DNA from: Deltaproteobacteria bacterium
Lineage (GTDB): Bacteria; Desulfobacterota; RBG-13-43-22
DNA length: 64,000 bases
Reading direction: 5' to 3'
NCBI GenBank assembly: GCA_016208255.1
Contig: JACQYK010000085.1
Location: 12,464-76,463 of the forward strand
In this document: positions 39,054 through 49,761 of the stretch, one piece after another
How positions within the stretch are numbered: the first letter of the stretch is position 1
How the letters are laid out: each line of letters starts with the position of its first letter
Translations under genes and position numbers: made by a program
Notes under the pieces: model-generated
What the model saw: only the letters and a program-made list of their open reading frames with translations
Database searches by the model: none
What the model was told of the DNA's origin: nothing

Positions 39054-39554
39054 ATGAAAAACGATGACCGAGTGATCTATCTCGTTTTCATGGCTCAACA
39101 AAAGCTGAGGACCTATATCACCAATGTACTTCTGGCTGAAGGTATCAAGGTAACCCTGGGGCAGGCGGGTATCCTCTTTTTATTACAGCAACATGACGGA
39201 CAAACCATGACCGAGTTAAGTAAGGCCCTGGCGGTGGAAAACCCCACGCTTACCGGCCTCATCGACCGTCTCGAAAGGTCGGCCTTTGTTAGGCGTCAAG
39301 CAGGTTTGGAGGATAGGCGTTCGTTTAAAATTTACCTCACCCCTGATGGGATTAACGAATGTGAAATCGTAAAACCTATTATTCAGCGAATCAACAATGA
39401 GATTAAATCCGGATTTTCCAAAGAAGAAATTGAAGTGTTCAAGAATGTTTTGCAAGGCTTTTTTAAAAAATTTGATAAACGGAAGGTTGGAAAAACTGCA
39501 GCGCCACTTCCAATATATCAAGCCGGTTCCGTACATCGATTATGTGGCGGCTGA
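39054..39554 (+). CDS. MarR family transcriptional regulator
   Basis: TMTELSKALAVENPTLTGLIDRLERSAFVRR....EDRRS..IYLTPDG. GGAGG RBS. Confidence 0.93.
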   Translation: MKNDDRVIYLVFMAQQKLRTYITNVLLAEGIKVTLGQAGILFLLQQHDGQTMTELSKALAVENPTLTGLIDRLERSAFVRRQAGLEDRRSFKIYLTPDGINECEIVKPIIQRINNEIKSGFSKEEIEVFKNVLQGFFKKFDKRKVGKTAAPLPIYQAGSVHRLCGG

Positions 39555-39829
39555 TTTTCCTCGGTTGACTATTATTATGATTCCTCCCGTTTGGCCCTGG
39601 ATCGATGAACAGATATTGCAATCAGTTGGTTTAGAAATTCAGGGGTAGAGATTACTCTGCTTAGCATTCACTGGGCCTTTCTTACTTATCAAATGGTTAT
39701 TGCAGTCCCAGGGTCTCTTTCCACTTTTGGGGGAGCAGGATCTTCAAGTTTATCTGGAACCGTAGAATTTGATTCCAGGGATAAGGAAATTCTTATCACA
39801 AAATCAAACTTTGAGAGTAGCCGAACAGC

Positions 39830-41485
39830 TTAATCCGACTTTTTCATCTCAGGACGGATTATCCCGAGCTTATGCATCCTGGCCCTCAAGGTACTCGGGT
39901 GCAGGCCCAGGATGGCCGCGGCCCCTTCCTTTCCCTCGATGCGCCAGCGGGTTTCTGAAAGGGTCTTTAGGATTTGGTTTCGCTCCGTCTCTTCCAGGGT
40001 TCTGACGACGGAGGAAAGAGGGGGGGATGAAATTTCCAGTTTGTCGGCCAATTGTAAGACTGGTCCGGGGCACAAAATTACAGCCCGTTCAATGATACTT
40101 TCCAATTCCCGGATATTTCCGGGCCAGGGGTAATCCTGGAGGGCCTTCATCGTTTCCTTCTGGATGGAGGTGATCTCTTTCCCTAATTTCCGGGCATAAC
40201 GCTCCGTGAAGGCCTGGACCAGAAGCGGTATGTCTTCTTTTCGCTGCCTTAGAGGAGGTACCGTGATGGGAAAGACGTTGAGCCGATAGTAAAGGTCCTG
40301 CCGGAACCGGCCTTTTTGAACCTCTTCCGCAAGGTTTCGATTGGTCGTGGCCACAAGGCGCACATCGACCTTGATGGTCTGTGACGAGCCCAGACGCTCA
40401 AACTCGTTATACTGGATCACCCGGAGCAGTTTGGCCTGTAACTCCAGCGGCAGTTCCCCTATCTCGTCCAGGCAAAGGGTGGAGCCATGGGCTATCTCGA
40501 ACCGGCCCACCTGACGGGTATCGGCCCCGGTAAAGGCCCCCTTCTCCCGGCCGAATAATTCGCTCTCGATTAAATTGGCCGGCAGGGCGGCACAATTGAC
40601 GATGATCAACGGCCGATCCCGGCGGGGGCTCAGGTTGTGGATGGCGGCGGCGATCAATTCCTTCCCCGTACCGGTCTCTCCCAGAATGAGAACCGTAGTG
40701 TCCTGAGGGGCCACCTGTTCTACTCGATAGAGAACATACTTGAGACCATCGCTTTGTCCGAGAATATGGTCGAATCCATGCCTCATTTTGTTCTCTTGAC
40801 GGAAATAAATATTCTCGGCTTCCAGTTGGTCTTTCAAGACCTTGATTTCGGAAAGGGCCTTACGGAGGGATTCTTCGGCCAGTTGACGTTCTTTTATCTC
40901 CTGTCCCAGTTGCTCGTTCGCTCTTCGAAGTTCGAAGGTCCGTTCCTCCACCCTTCGTTCCAGTTCGTTGTGTGCCTTTTGTAAGGCCTCGGCCAGAAGT
41001 TTCCGTTCGGTGATGTCGCGGATATTACACTGGATCACCCTCTGGTGATTAACCAGATAGACATTGCTGACAAATTCCACAGCAATGGATCGTCCATCTA
41101 TTGTTTCAAGGGGTAAATCCTCGAAGCGGACATATCCTTTGCTCTGTAAATCCAAAAAGGTGGGTTTTGAGGCATCCATATCTTTAAAGGGACCAATTTC
41201 CCAGAGTTTTTTGCCTAAAAAATCCTCATAAGAATAACCCAACATTTCTATCAAAAAGGGATTGACATCCGTTATTTGCCCGGTCTCGGCATCGAGGATT
41301 AAAATGCCGTCCCGGGCCGTTTCGAAGAGACGCCGATAACGCGTTTCAGAAATCTTTAGCCTCTCTTCCGTTTGTTTTTGGTTGGCCAGGTCCTGAATTC
41401 GGCGCTTCGCAGCCTTCAGCTTCTTCCGAAGCCCTTCCATCTCCCGAAGAAGTTCCTGCTTGGTTTTGGCGATTTCTTTCAACAA
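39830..41485 (-). CDS. PAS-domain sigma54-dependent Fis-family activator
   Basis: PAS domain, [41 protein letters not shown] and C-terminal HTH. Confidence 0.95.
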   Translation of the reverse strand: MLKEIAKTKQELLREMEGLRKKLKAAKRRIQDLANQKQTEERLKISETRYRRLFETARDGILILDAETGQITDVNPFLIEMLGYSYEDFLGKKLWEIGPFKDMDASKPTFLDLQSKGYVRFEDLPLETIDGRSIAVEFVSNVYLVNHQRVIQCNIRDITERKLLAEALQKAHNELERRVEERTFELRRANEQLGQEIKERQLAEESLRKALSEIKVLKDQLEAENIYFRQENKMRHGFDHILGQSDGLKYVLYRVEQVAPQDTTVLILGETGTGKELIAAAIHNLSPRRDRPLIIVNCAALPANLIESELFGREKGAFTGADTRQVGRFEIAHGSTLCLDEIGELPLELQAKLLRVIQYNEFERLGSSQTIKVDVRLVATTNRNLAEEVQKGRFRQDLYYRLNVFPITVPPLRQRKEDIPLLVQAFTERYARKLGKEITSIQKETMKALQDYPWPGNIRELESIIERAVILCPGPVLQLADKLEISSPPLSSVVRTLEETERNQILKTLSETRWRIEGKEGAAAILGLHPSTLRARMHKLGIIRPEMKKSD

Positions 41486-41633
41486 TGTTGTCTTTCTGAC
41501 CGTTCACAATTTTTGGGGTATGGATAGGATATAAATTTTAAAGAAGAATAACCGATTGTCAATAGAAAAGGTCCTTATCTTTGGCCTCTTTTTTTATCGG
41601 CCTAACCGAAACATTAACCTTGTTGAAGGTCAT

Positions 41634-41961
41634 TTATCGATTGCCACGGGAGGCTTTCTGCCGACCCTTTGCCAAAGCCCCCATCCGGGGGCCGGGGTGA
41701 GGGCCGGCAATCGATAACCGTGGCCACTTTAGTGCGAAAATAGGATCCTAGCCTTCCCTCGCCCAGTCCTATTTTCATGTCCAGGCTTCCGATCGATCGG
41801 CCTTGGCCGATCTCAGGGGGAGACTCCCAAAGGGAGTCGGACAGGAAGCCTCCTATAAGGTCGACCCCAGCCTCCTTGGGAGGCTTTTTTTTAGGTCGGC
41901 GAAGCCGACCGAGTCGACCGGATCGAGGTGCCACGCCACCAAAAGCGTGGCATGACGGTTT
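41634..41961. repeat. Mosaic of nested palindromic elements (family F 41634-41717; family H 41770-41961 containing G and B-like units)
   Basis: TTATCGATTGCC...GGCAATCGATAA (also 61578, 62723). 41795-41852 matches the reverse complement of 56960-57017. The ends TATTTTCATGTCC and GGTGCCACGCC..GCGTGGCATGACGGTTT match the rsmD insert. Confidence 0.85.
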
Positions 41962-41981
41962 ATTTCGGGTTTCCCTGATCG

Positions 41982-43121
41982 TCAGGCCTGCAACTTCCGC
42001 CCGATGGTCATGATCTCCGCTTCCTTGGTCCCTTCGTAAATCTCCAGAATCTTGGCGTCGCGATACCACTTTTGAACGGGATATTCCTCAATGTAACCAT
42101 AACCGCCATGGAGTTCCACCGCGTAATTGGCGCAGAGGACAGCGGTCTGGCCGCTGAAAAATTTGGCCATGGCCGATAAATGATAATCCGGGCGGCCCAC
42201 ATCGGCCAACCAGGCGGCTCGGTAAACCAGACCTCTCAGGGCTTCGATCATGATGGCCATTTCCGTCAATTTTTTCTGAGTCAGCTGGAAGGTCCCCAGG
42301 GGAGCCCCGAAAACCGTTCTTTCCTTAACATACCGGATGCTGGCTTCCAGACAGGCCTCGCTGAGTCCCAGACCCTGAGCGGCGACCATAATCCGTGTGG
42401 TGTCAAAGAAGTGCATCAGCTCCATAAAACCCCGCCCTTCCCGACCCACCAGGTTGCTTTGGGAAACCCGGACTTCTTCAAAGGCGATCTCAGCCGTATC
42501 ACTGGAGCGAATCCCCATTTTCCCTTTGATCTTATTGCGGCTGATTCCCCTGGCATCGGCGGGAACAATGATCAGGCTGAAGCTGTTGTGTTTCTTTTCC
42601 TCCGGATTGGTAATGCATTGGGCCACCATGAAATCACAAACGGAGCCGTTGGTGATGAACATTTTGTTGCCGTTGATGACATAATCCCCGCCGTCCTTTA
42701 CCGCGCGGGTCTTATACCCGGCCACATCGGTGCCGGCGTTGGGCTCGGTATAAGCCCCGGCGGAAACTTTTTCTCCGGAGCAAACCTGGGGCAGGTAGGT
42801 TTTCTTCTGTTCTTCGCTTCCATACTGAAGGATAGATTCGCAGCCAAAACTGGAGGCTATAATATTCAGTCCTATGCCCATGTCGATTTTGGAGAATTCC
42901 TCGGTGATCAGACAGTTCCCAAAGAAACCGACTCCGGCCCCGCCATATTCTTCCGGGATCCAGGATCCGGTCAGGCCGTTTTCCCCGGCCTTTTTCCGGA
43001 TCTCGGGAGTGTACTTTTCCTGTTCGTCGCATTCCTGGGAGACGGGTTTAAATTCGTTAAGGGCAAATTTGTAGGCCATCTCTTTCAACATCTTCTGTTC
43101 GTCAGTCAGATCAAAATCCAT
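41982..43121 (-). CDS. Acyl-CoA dehydrogenase
   Basis: MDFDLTDEQ, AYTEPNAGTD, NGNKMFITNG, HGGYGY..EYPV...YRDAK and IYEGT. Confidence 0.96.
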   Translation of the reverse strand: MDFDLTDEQKMLKEMAYKFALNEFKPVSQECDEQEKYTPEIRKKAGENGLTGSWIPEEYGGAGVGFFGNCLITEEFSKIDMGIGLNIIASSFGCESILQYGSEEQKKTYLPQVCSGEKVSAGAYTEPNAGTDVAGYKTRAVKDGGDYVINGNKMFITNGSVCDFMVAQCITNPEEKKHNSFSLIIVPADARGISRNKIKGKMGIRSSDTAEIAFEEVRVSQSNLVGREGRGFMELMHFFDTTRIMVAAQGLGLSEACLEASIRYVKERTVFGAPLGTFQLTQKKLTEMAIMIEALRGLVYRAAWLADVGRPDYHLSAMAKFFSGQTAVLCANYAVELHGGYGYIEEYPVQKWYRDAKILEIYEGTKEAEIMTIGRKLQA

Positions 43122-43214
43122 TTTATTCCTCCTTTCATGACGGAACCTCCATTGGACAGAAAGTTCCCGTTCTTTAAAAAATCATAACACTTTAATCAAA
43201 TGAAAAAGTAATTG

Positions 43215-43394
43215 TCTGACAGGATAAACAGGATGTTAAGATATTTTGCTCAGGCTCCGGAAGACCCTGAGCAACCCCCATCCGCTCCTGGCGGAAACTA
43301 CTGCTTTTATAAAAGGAATGATTCGGTTTGTGCCTTTCCCTGCCTGCCCGCAGGTGGAAAGGCATAAAATCAAGAAATCCTGTAAATCCTGTCA
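43215..43394 (+). repeat. Family-D element inside (GACAGGAT)n / (ATCCTGTC)n inverted arms
   Basis: CTGACAGGATAAACAGGAT ... family-D core ... AATCCTGTAAATCCTGTCA. Confidence 0.88.
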
Positions 43395-43439
43395 AAAATA
43401 GCCTTTGAATTTTAATAATCTATATCGATACACAAAAAT

Positions 43440-44390
43440 CTATTTCCCGAGTTTCAATACCCTGGCCGCGTTATCAAACATCCATTTCCGGTAAATGGTT
43501 TCGTTTTTGGTCAGGTCTCTGGTTTCCTCGATGATGGTTTTTAGGGGCAAGCCCTGGGTTCCCCAGCCGCTGGCAAAAATAATTTGATCCTGAAGGCCTT
43601 TATTCCCGCTTTCGATCAGTTCCGCATAGCCGCTTCCGGGATTCTTGACATTTTTCGGCCTCTGACAGGAAAGATCGATGCAGATGTTCCTGTGCCTTCT
43701 GGCTACGGCCAACAGCTCCGCTATCCAGGGCCAGCCTCCGAGGCCGGCCACAATAGTCAGTTCAGGGAAATCGCAGGCGATCTCATCCAGGTAGGCCGGA
43801 CGGCACAGGTCCAAAGGACGATCCGTATACAGGTGCAGCGCCGTGGTGATACGAGCCGGTATATCCAACTCGACGCATTTGGCGTAAAAGGGGTAGTATT
43901 TTTTATGGTTGGAAGGAAGATTTTCCCGGAAACCGGAAACCACCAGTCCTCTAAAACCCATCTCTTTAACGGTCTGTTCAAAACGCTTGACATTGGGCAT
44001 CCCCTGATGGGGGCTGCTTCTGAAAAAAGGGAAAAGTCGACCGGGGTATTCCCGAGTGATGGCCGCCGTATCTTCAACCGAGGCCCACATGCCGGTGGTG
44101 CCGATACAGGCCTGGGTGACACCGGCGTCATCCAGCATGGCGATGAACTCCTGGTGGGTCATGGTTCTTTCCAGATATTTTTCAGCCACCATGACGGCGA
44201 CTTCGATATATCCCCTGTCCCGGATGGTCTGATTCAATTCTTCCATCGTTAAGTTGAGCATTTCAGCCCACCGATGTCCGAATTGGGCGAAATAGCCCCG
44301 ATGGACGAATCCGCCTCCGGATTTCAGCAAGGCAATGGTTTCTTTTTTAACCTCCTCGGTCGGCGAATCACATTCAAAATCGATAATCAT
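43440..44390 (-). CDS. Amidohydrolase-2 family protein (atypical metal ligands)
   Basis: YYPFYAKCVELDIP, YLDEIACDFPEL.IV..GGWPW and FDNAARVL. The usual His ligands appear substituted. Confidence 0.8.
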   Translation of the reverse strand: MIIDFECDSPTEEVKKETIALLKSGGGFVHRGYFAQFGHRWAEMLNLTMEELNQTIRDRGYIEVAVMVAEKYLERTMTHQEFIAMLDDAGVTQACIGTTGMWASVEDTAAITREYPGRLFPFFRSSPHQGMPNVKRFEQTVKEMGFRGLVVSGFRENLPSNHKKYYPFYAKCVELDIPARITTALHLYTDRPLDLCRPAYLDEIACDFPELTIVAGLGGWPWIAELLAVARRHRNICIDLSCQRPKNVKNPGSGYAELIESGNKGLQDQIIFASGWGTQGLPLKTIIEETRDLTKNETIYRKWMFDNAARVLKLGK

Positions 44391-44687
44391 TATTCCCTCC
44401 TTTATTTAAGATAGGCCCATTTTATAAATAGTACCGTTTTCCTTAGCCCGTTATAGTACGAAAAACTGAATGGAGTCTATTATGATTATCCATCTTTATT
44501 AGTCCATGCAAGAGATATTTTAATAAAAAAATTGACTTGACAAAATTTCATGTTTCAGATGTCCTAAAAAAGGGATAGCACTGAAAAGTGCCTCCCTTTT
44601 TTTAACCAGTATACTATCGAGTGTTTGCCGGCTGCAGGCCTTTAAAGCGCTCTACAGGGTACCATTAAACTATTGGAGGCCTATATC

Positions 44688-46241
44688 ATGAGTTGGCTGG
44701 ATGATGTTGAAGAATTGAGACGCCGTCAGGAGATCGCCAGACAAATGGGGGGGCCTGAACGGGTGGCCAGACAGCATGCCAAAGGAAGGCTGACGATTCG
44801 AGAGCGTCTCGACCTGCTCTTTGACCAAAGCTCCTTTCAGGAAATCGGGACACTGGCCGGTAAGGCGGTCTATGGTGATGATGGAAGTCTGCAGTCCTTC
44901 ACCCCGAGCAGCGTCGTTATGGGCTATGGACGCATCGATGGGCAAACCGCCTGTGCTTTTGGAAATGATTTTACCGTCAAAGGGGGTTCCAGCGACGAAA
45001 ATGCTGGGAACAAGGCTGAATTCCTGATGAGGATGGCCAAAGAGCGATTAATGCCCCTGGTCTGTTTGTATGACGGAGCGGGAGGAAGTGTATCCGAAGG
45101 GGGAGATTATACGATTGTCCCGGTGAATTTTGGCTGGGCGACCCTGACCGAGTTGATGGGACTGGTGCCGGTCGTCGCCGCCAATTTAGGTACTTCCGCC
45201 GGATGGATTGCCGTGCAGGCCGCCTTCTCCCATTGGAATGTGATGACCAAAAACAGTGAACTTTTTGTAGCCGGACCGCCGCTGGTGGAACGCGGTCTGT
45301 TCCAATCCATTACCAAGGAAGCTTTGGGAAACTACCGGGTTCACGCCTACCAGAGCGGGGTCATCGACAATGTGGCCGAGGATGAACAGGATGCCATTCG
45401 TCAGATCAAGCGGTTTCTGAGTTATTTACCCTCCAATGTCTGGCAGCAGCCCCCAAGAATCGAAACGGAAGACGATCCCAACCGGCGGGACGAGGAATTA
45501 ATTTCTATCATTCCCGAAGACATCAGAAAGATTTATGATATCCGCAAACTCCTCCGGCATATCCTAGACCAAGACTCCCTGTTTGAATATGCCCCTTACT
45601 ACGGGCGAGCCGTTGTCACCGGCCTGGCCCGTCTGAACGGCTATCCGGTGGCGATTATCAGTAATGACTGCCAACACCTGGGAGGAGCCCAAGACGCGCC
45701 GGCAGCGGAGAAGATGCTCAAGTTCATCGATCTGGCGGATACTTTTCATCTGCCGATTATCTATCTGATGGATGCTCCGGGCTACATGATCGGTCTGGAC
45801 TCGGAAAAAACAGGCCCCGAGCGCAAGGCCGTCAGGGTCCATGCCGCCATGCACCAGGCGACTACGCCCTGGGTATCCGTCCTGCTGAGACGATCCTTCG
45901 GGGTGGCCGGTGCCGGTCACGGGCAGTATAACCATCTGAATCTCCGCTTTGCCTGGCCCTCCGGCCGCTGGGGTTCACTCCCGATTGCCGGTGGGGCCAT
46001 GGCTGAGTTTCGCGGCGAGATTGAAGCGGCCTCGGACCCGGAAGCGAAAAGGATTGAAATCGAAAAACGTTTGGCCGACCTGGGTTCCCCCCTGCGGACG
46101 GCCAATCATTTTTCTTTAATGGGTGTGGAAGAGATTATTGATCCCCGGGATACCAGGCCCATCCTCTGCGAATTCGCCAGGCAGGCCCAGGCGGTGACCG
46201 CCACCCAGCTTGGGCCGAAATATCGAATGATGAGACCTTAG
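44688..46241 (+). CDS. Acyl-CoA carboxylase/decarboxylase carboxyltransferase (beta-like)
   Basis: MGGPERVARQHAKGRLTIRER, DFTVKGGS, AGPPLV, D.PG.MIG and EIIDPRDTRP. Confidence 0.92.
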   Translation: MSWLDDVEELRRRQEIARQMGGPERVARQHAKGRLTIRERLDLLFDQSSFQEIGTLAGKAVYGDDGSLQSFTPSSVVMGYGRIDGQTACAFGNDFTVKGGSSDENAGNKAEFLMRMAKERLMPLVCLYDGAGGSVSEGGDYTIVPVNFGWATLTELMGLVPVVAANLGTSAGWIAVQAAFSHWNVMTKNSELFVAGPPLVERGLFQSITKEALGNYRVHAYQSGVIDNVAEDEQDAIRQIKRFLSYLPSNVWQQPPRIETEDDPNRRDEELISIIPEDIRKIYDIRKLLRHILDQDSLFEYAPYYGRAVVTGLARLNGYPVAIISNDCQHLGGAQDAPAAEKMLKFIDLADTFHLPIIYLMDAPGYMIGLDSEKTGPERKAVRVHAAMHQATTPWVSVLLRRSFGVAGAGHGQYNHLNLRFAWPSGRWGSLPIAGGAMAEFRGEIEAASDPEAKRIEIEKRLADLGSPLRTANHFSLMGVEEIIDPRDTRPILCEFARQAQAVTATQLGPKYRMMRP

Positions 46242-46320
46242 GGGACCCGGCGCCGGCAACCGGGACGGGCCAGGACGGAGAACCCATCCCGGGATTTAAA
46301 AAAAGACCGTTTCTGCCGCC

Positions 46321-47127
46321 TTAGACCATGCTGAATCCACCGCTGACGCTGATGGTCTGACCGGTGATATGTCTGGATACATCGGACGATAGAAAAACGC
46401 ACATCCGGGCCAGATCGATCGGTTCCCCCAGGCGGCGGATCGGATAAACCTTCAACATGGCCTCCATTCTCTTCTTGAAATCCTCGTCCCCCATTTTGTT
46501 TTTCAGTTTCTCCCGACTGGCCAGGATCCTTTCCGTATCGGTCGCCCCGGCCGAGACCGCGTTGACGTTTATATTAAATTTCCCTACTTCCCTGGCTAAA
46601 GCCTTTTGGAAAGCAACGATGCCCCCCTTGGCCGCCGAATAGGCCGCCATAAAGGCCTCCCCGGTCCTTCCGGCATCGGAAATCATATTGACTATCTTCC
46701 CGTATTGATTCTTTATCATGCCCGGAAGCACCGCTCTGGTACAATTGAAAACCCCATACAGACAAAGATTCACCGTATAATCCCAATCTTCCTTTTCCGT
46801 TTCGTAAAAGGGTCGAGGGGTTTTTCCGGCTTCCCAATGCACACCCCGGCCGGCATTGTTGATGAGAATATCCACCCGGCCGAACTCCTCGATTACTTTC
46901 TTATACAGGTCATTCACTTCGTCCTGGTTGTCCACACCCGCCTTTATAGCCAAGGCCTTCACTCCCAGCGCCCTGGCTTCTTCCGCTGTCTTCTCAGCCA
47001 CGGACTGATTGATGTCATTGACCACCACGTTGGCCCCTTCAGCGGCCAGGGTCAAAACACTGACACGACCGATCCCTAATCCCGATCCGGTCACGATGGC
47101 CACTTTTCCTTTTAAAAATAAATCCAT
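46321..47127 (-). CDS. SDR family oxidoreductase (FabG/BadH-like)
   Basis: VTGSGLGIG, NNAG, SDAGR.G and YSAAKGG. Confidence 0.92.
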   Translation of the reverse strand: MDLFLKGKVAIVTGSGLGIGRVSVLTLAAEGANVVVNDINQSVAEKTAEEARALGVKALAIKAGVDNQDEVNDLYKKVIEEFGRVDILINNAGRGVHWEAGKTPRPFYETEKEDWDYTVNLCLYGVFNCTRAVLPGMIKNQYGKIVNMISDAGRTGEAFMAAYSAAKGGIVAFQKALAREVGKFNINVNAVSAGATDTERILASREKLKNKMGDEDFKKRMEAMLKVYPIRRLGEPIDLARMCVFLSSDVSRHITGQTISVSGGFSMV

Positions 47128-47200
47128 AGTCTCATCTCCCATTGAAAGAATTATCTGATAAAAGAATTGGATTTTCAAAAAACTAAATTGATACGAGTTT

Positions 47201-48049
47201 TTATAACTTGAAAATCCGTTTGGCATTTCCATAGAGGATTTTTTCCAGGGAATCCTCTCTTAAACCCATTTCGGCCATCTGTTCGAGATAGCGCTTCCAG
47301 GAGAGACCGTTGGAGCCAAAAAGGACTTTCTCGGCCCCGACCCTTGATTTCATGAAATTGGCCAGGGAGGGGTGGAAGTAGCGGGGCAGCCAGGCGCTGA
47401 AACTGAGATAAACATTAGGCCACTTGGTGGCGCAGGAGATCATTTCATCCACCCAGGGATATCCGGTATGGGTTCCGATCAGGGTCAGATCGGGAAAATC
47501 GGTGGCGATCCGGTCCAGGTACATCGGGCGGCCGTGTTCGCTGGGCATGGCTTCAAGAACGTGTCCGGTCTGCATGGAAACCGGAAGCGCCAATTCCTCA
47601 CACTTGGCATAAAGGGGGTACATTTTGCGGTGATCCAGGGGAAGATCGTAGCCGTAAATATGAATATACACTCCTTTATATTGGCGCTCCCGGACATCCG
47701 CTTCTAGTTTCACCAGGCTTTCCCTGATCCTGAAAGGGTCGTAATCGGCCAGACCAAAGAGTCTTCCCGGGTAGGAGAGGGTCATTTCATCGATGATCCC
47801 GGTCATGTCGATAGCAAATCGGGTCTGCCGGCGGTAAGACCAGGCTAGGAGATCGGTGGCCAGCCCGGTTTCGATGCCCGCCTCATCCATCGCTTTAATA
47901 ATGTCCTCGGCCGTAGGATATCCCTCCCCCCAGGAAGCCTCGACCGCGCATTTTAACTCCCCCGGGGAATTAGTGGCCTTGGCCCAGCTCTGTTTCCATT
48001 CCTGAAGAAGAAGAGGGAAAAGGGTATCGATTGCTTTAAATTTCGCCAT
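47201..48049 (-). CDS. Amidohydrolase-2 family protein
   Basis: MYPLYAKCEEL.LPV..QTGH, LDRIATDFPDL..IGTHTGYPW, KVLFGSN and NAKRIF. Confidence 0.88.
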   Translation of the reverse strand: MAKFKAIDTLFPLLLQEWKQSWAKATNSPGELKCAVEASWGEGYPTAEDIIKAMDEAGIETGLATDLLAWSYRRQTRFAIDMTGIIDEMTLSYPGRLFGLADYDPFRIRESLVKLEADVRERQYKGVYIHIYGYDLPLDHRKMYPLYAKCEELALPVSMQTGHVLEAMPSEHGRPMYLDRIATDFPDLTLIGTHTGYPWVDEMISCATKWPNVYLSFSAWLPRYFHPSLANFMKSRVGAEKVLFGSNGLSWKRYLEQMAEMGLREDSLEKILYGNAKRIFKL

Positions 48050-48305
48050 TGGCTGTTCCTCCCTTGTTTAAATAATGAATGATGGTTTTTATGCTTTTTG
48101 ATATACCTAAACTACTAAAATGAAGGCCACCCGTCAATAGAAAGTTAGGGAACGAGATATCCAGGGATATCAAACCAGTTATCGCCAAGCCTGCCCCGGA
48201 CTCGATCCGGGGGCGAACCCGGTTTTAACGCCCGAAGGGCCTGACAATTAGGAGGAAGACAAATCGTCTTCCTCATATCCCGCCTTTGTCCGGGCAAAAA
48301 AGGAT

Positions 48306-48743
48306 ATGGAGAATTCGATGAAATACGATATAACCTGTGTTGGGCTTACTATTTTGGATATCGATTATTTCATGCCAAGCTTGGAAGAGGCCAGGGAAGT
48401 TGCCGGTACCAACAACCCCCAGGAGACGGCCAGGTATTTCATAGGCCTCGGGACAGGCGCCTATATTCTCAAGATGGGGGCCAAAGGATCACTCCTGGTT
48501 ACCAGAGAAAAGCAGATCCCTGTTCCCGCCTTTGCGGTTAAGGCCTACGATACCACCGGCTGCGGTGATGCTTACTGTGGCGGTTTTATCGCGGCCCTGG
48601 CCAAAGGACGGGACCTTGAAATCTCTTGCCGCTTCGCCAGCGCCACGGCAGCCCTGGTCGCTACCGGGTTAGGCAGTGACTCCGGGGTGATTGATTTTGC
48701 TGAAACCGAAAAAGCGATGACGACGTTGTCGACGCTTTTATAA
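48306..48743 (+). pseudogene. PfkB family carbohydrate kinase with a large in-frame internal deletion
   Basis: N-terminal DITCVGLTILDI joins directly to DYFMPSLEEA. C-terminal DTTGCGDAY signature is intact. Only 145 aa versus about 300 for the family. Confidence 0.8.
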
Positions 48744-48760
48744 GCAAAGGAGGGGTTGCG

Positions 48761-49426
48761 ATGGGGCCTTATACCCTATATCAAGAAAAAATAATCGAAT
48801 GCACCAGATGGCTCTCTCTGAACGGATTCTTTGGATCCCTGAGAGGCACCGGCGGTAATGTATCCATGCGGGTGCCGGGGGAGGAGGCTTTCATCGTTAC
48901 TCCCTCCACTTTGCCTTATGATCAGCTCACTTTGGAGGAAATGTGCGTTCTGGATTTTAACAAAAAACGGATTGAAGGGAAACGCAAACCGTCTGTGGAG
49001 TCCGGACTTCACTTGAAGGTCTACCAATGTCGGCCCGATGTCAATGCCGTGATCCATTCTCATCAGAATTACGCCAGTGTGTTTGCCGTGTTGAATAAGC
49101 CGATTCCTTCCCTTTTTGACGAGGTGTCCCTGCACCTCGGCCCTGTTATCGACGTCATCCCTTATGCCCTTTCCGGAAGCCCTGAACTGACAGCCAACAT
49201 CGGTGAGAAGCTGGACAACGGCTGTCATGGCTACCTGTTGCAGAACCACGGCGCCTTGACCCTGGGATCGACTCTGGAGGAGGCCTGGCTTAATGTGGAG
49301 CTTTTGGAAAAAATCGCTAAAATTTATCTCGGCGCCCTCTCCACCGGGGGGCAACCCACCCTGCTTCCGGATGATACCGTAAATTTATTGAAAGAATTAC
49401 GCAAAAAGAAATTAAAAAAAGCCTGA
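48761..49426 (+). CDS. Class II aldolase/adducin family protein (FucA-like)
   Basis: GGNVSMR, TPS, PSVE..LH..VY..RPDVNAVIHSH and LLQNHG. Confidence 0.92.
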   Translation: MGPYTLYQEKIIECTRWLSLNGFFGSLRGTGGNVSMRVPGEEAFIVTPSTLPYDQLTLEEMCVLDFNKKRIEGKRKPSVESGLHLKVYQCRPDVNAVIHSHQNYASVFAVLNKPIPSLFDEVSLHLGPVIDVIPYALSGSPELTANIGEKLDNGCHGYLLQNHGALTLGSTLEEAWLNVELLEKIAKIYLGALSTGGQPTLLPDDTVNLLKELRKKKLKKA

Positions 49427-49459
49427 TCTTACAAAAAAAGGCCCAAAGTCATAAATTGC

Positions 49460-49726
49460 TTAATTCTCTTTATTCGCCACGATATATTCGGCCATGGTTT
49501 TTACAGAGGTGAATATCTTACGCATTTCTTTTGGGTTTTCGATGGTAAGGCCGTAATTTTTTTCCAAATGCATGAAAAGCTCCATCGCGTCAATAGAATC
49601 AAGCCCCAACCCGTCTCCGAAAAGAGGTGCTTCCGTTTCAATGTCTTCCGGTGTAAGTTCAAAAAGGTTCAACAGGGTTATGATCTCTTCCTTCAATTTG
49701 AGAATCAGTTCCTCCATGATTTTCAT
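49460..49726 (-). CDS. Acyl carrier protein
   Basis: PLFGDGLGLDSIDAMEL phosphopantetheine site in an acidic 88-aa protein. Confidence 0.92.
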   Translation of the reverse strand: MKIMEELILKLKEEIITLLNLFELTPEDIETEAPLFGDGLGLDSIDAMELFMHLEKNYGLTIENPKEMRKIFTSVKTMAEYIVANKEN

Positions 49727-49761
49727 TTTCCTTTAAATAGTTTTTCCAATTTCAAAGGTTA

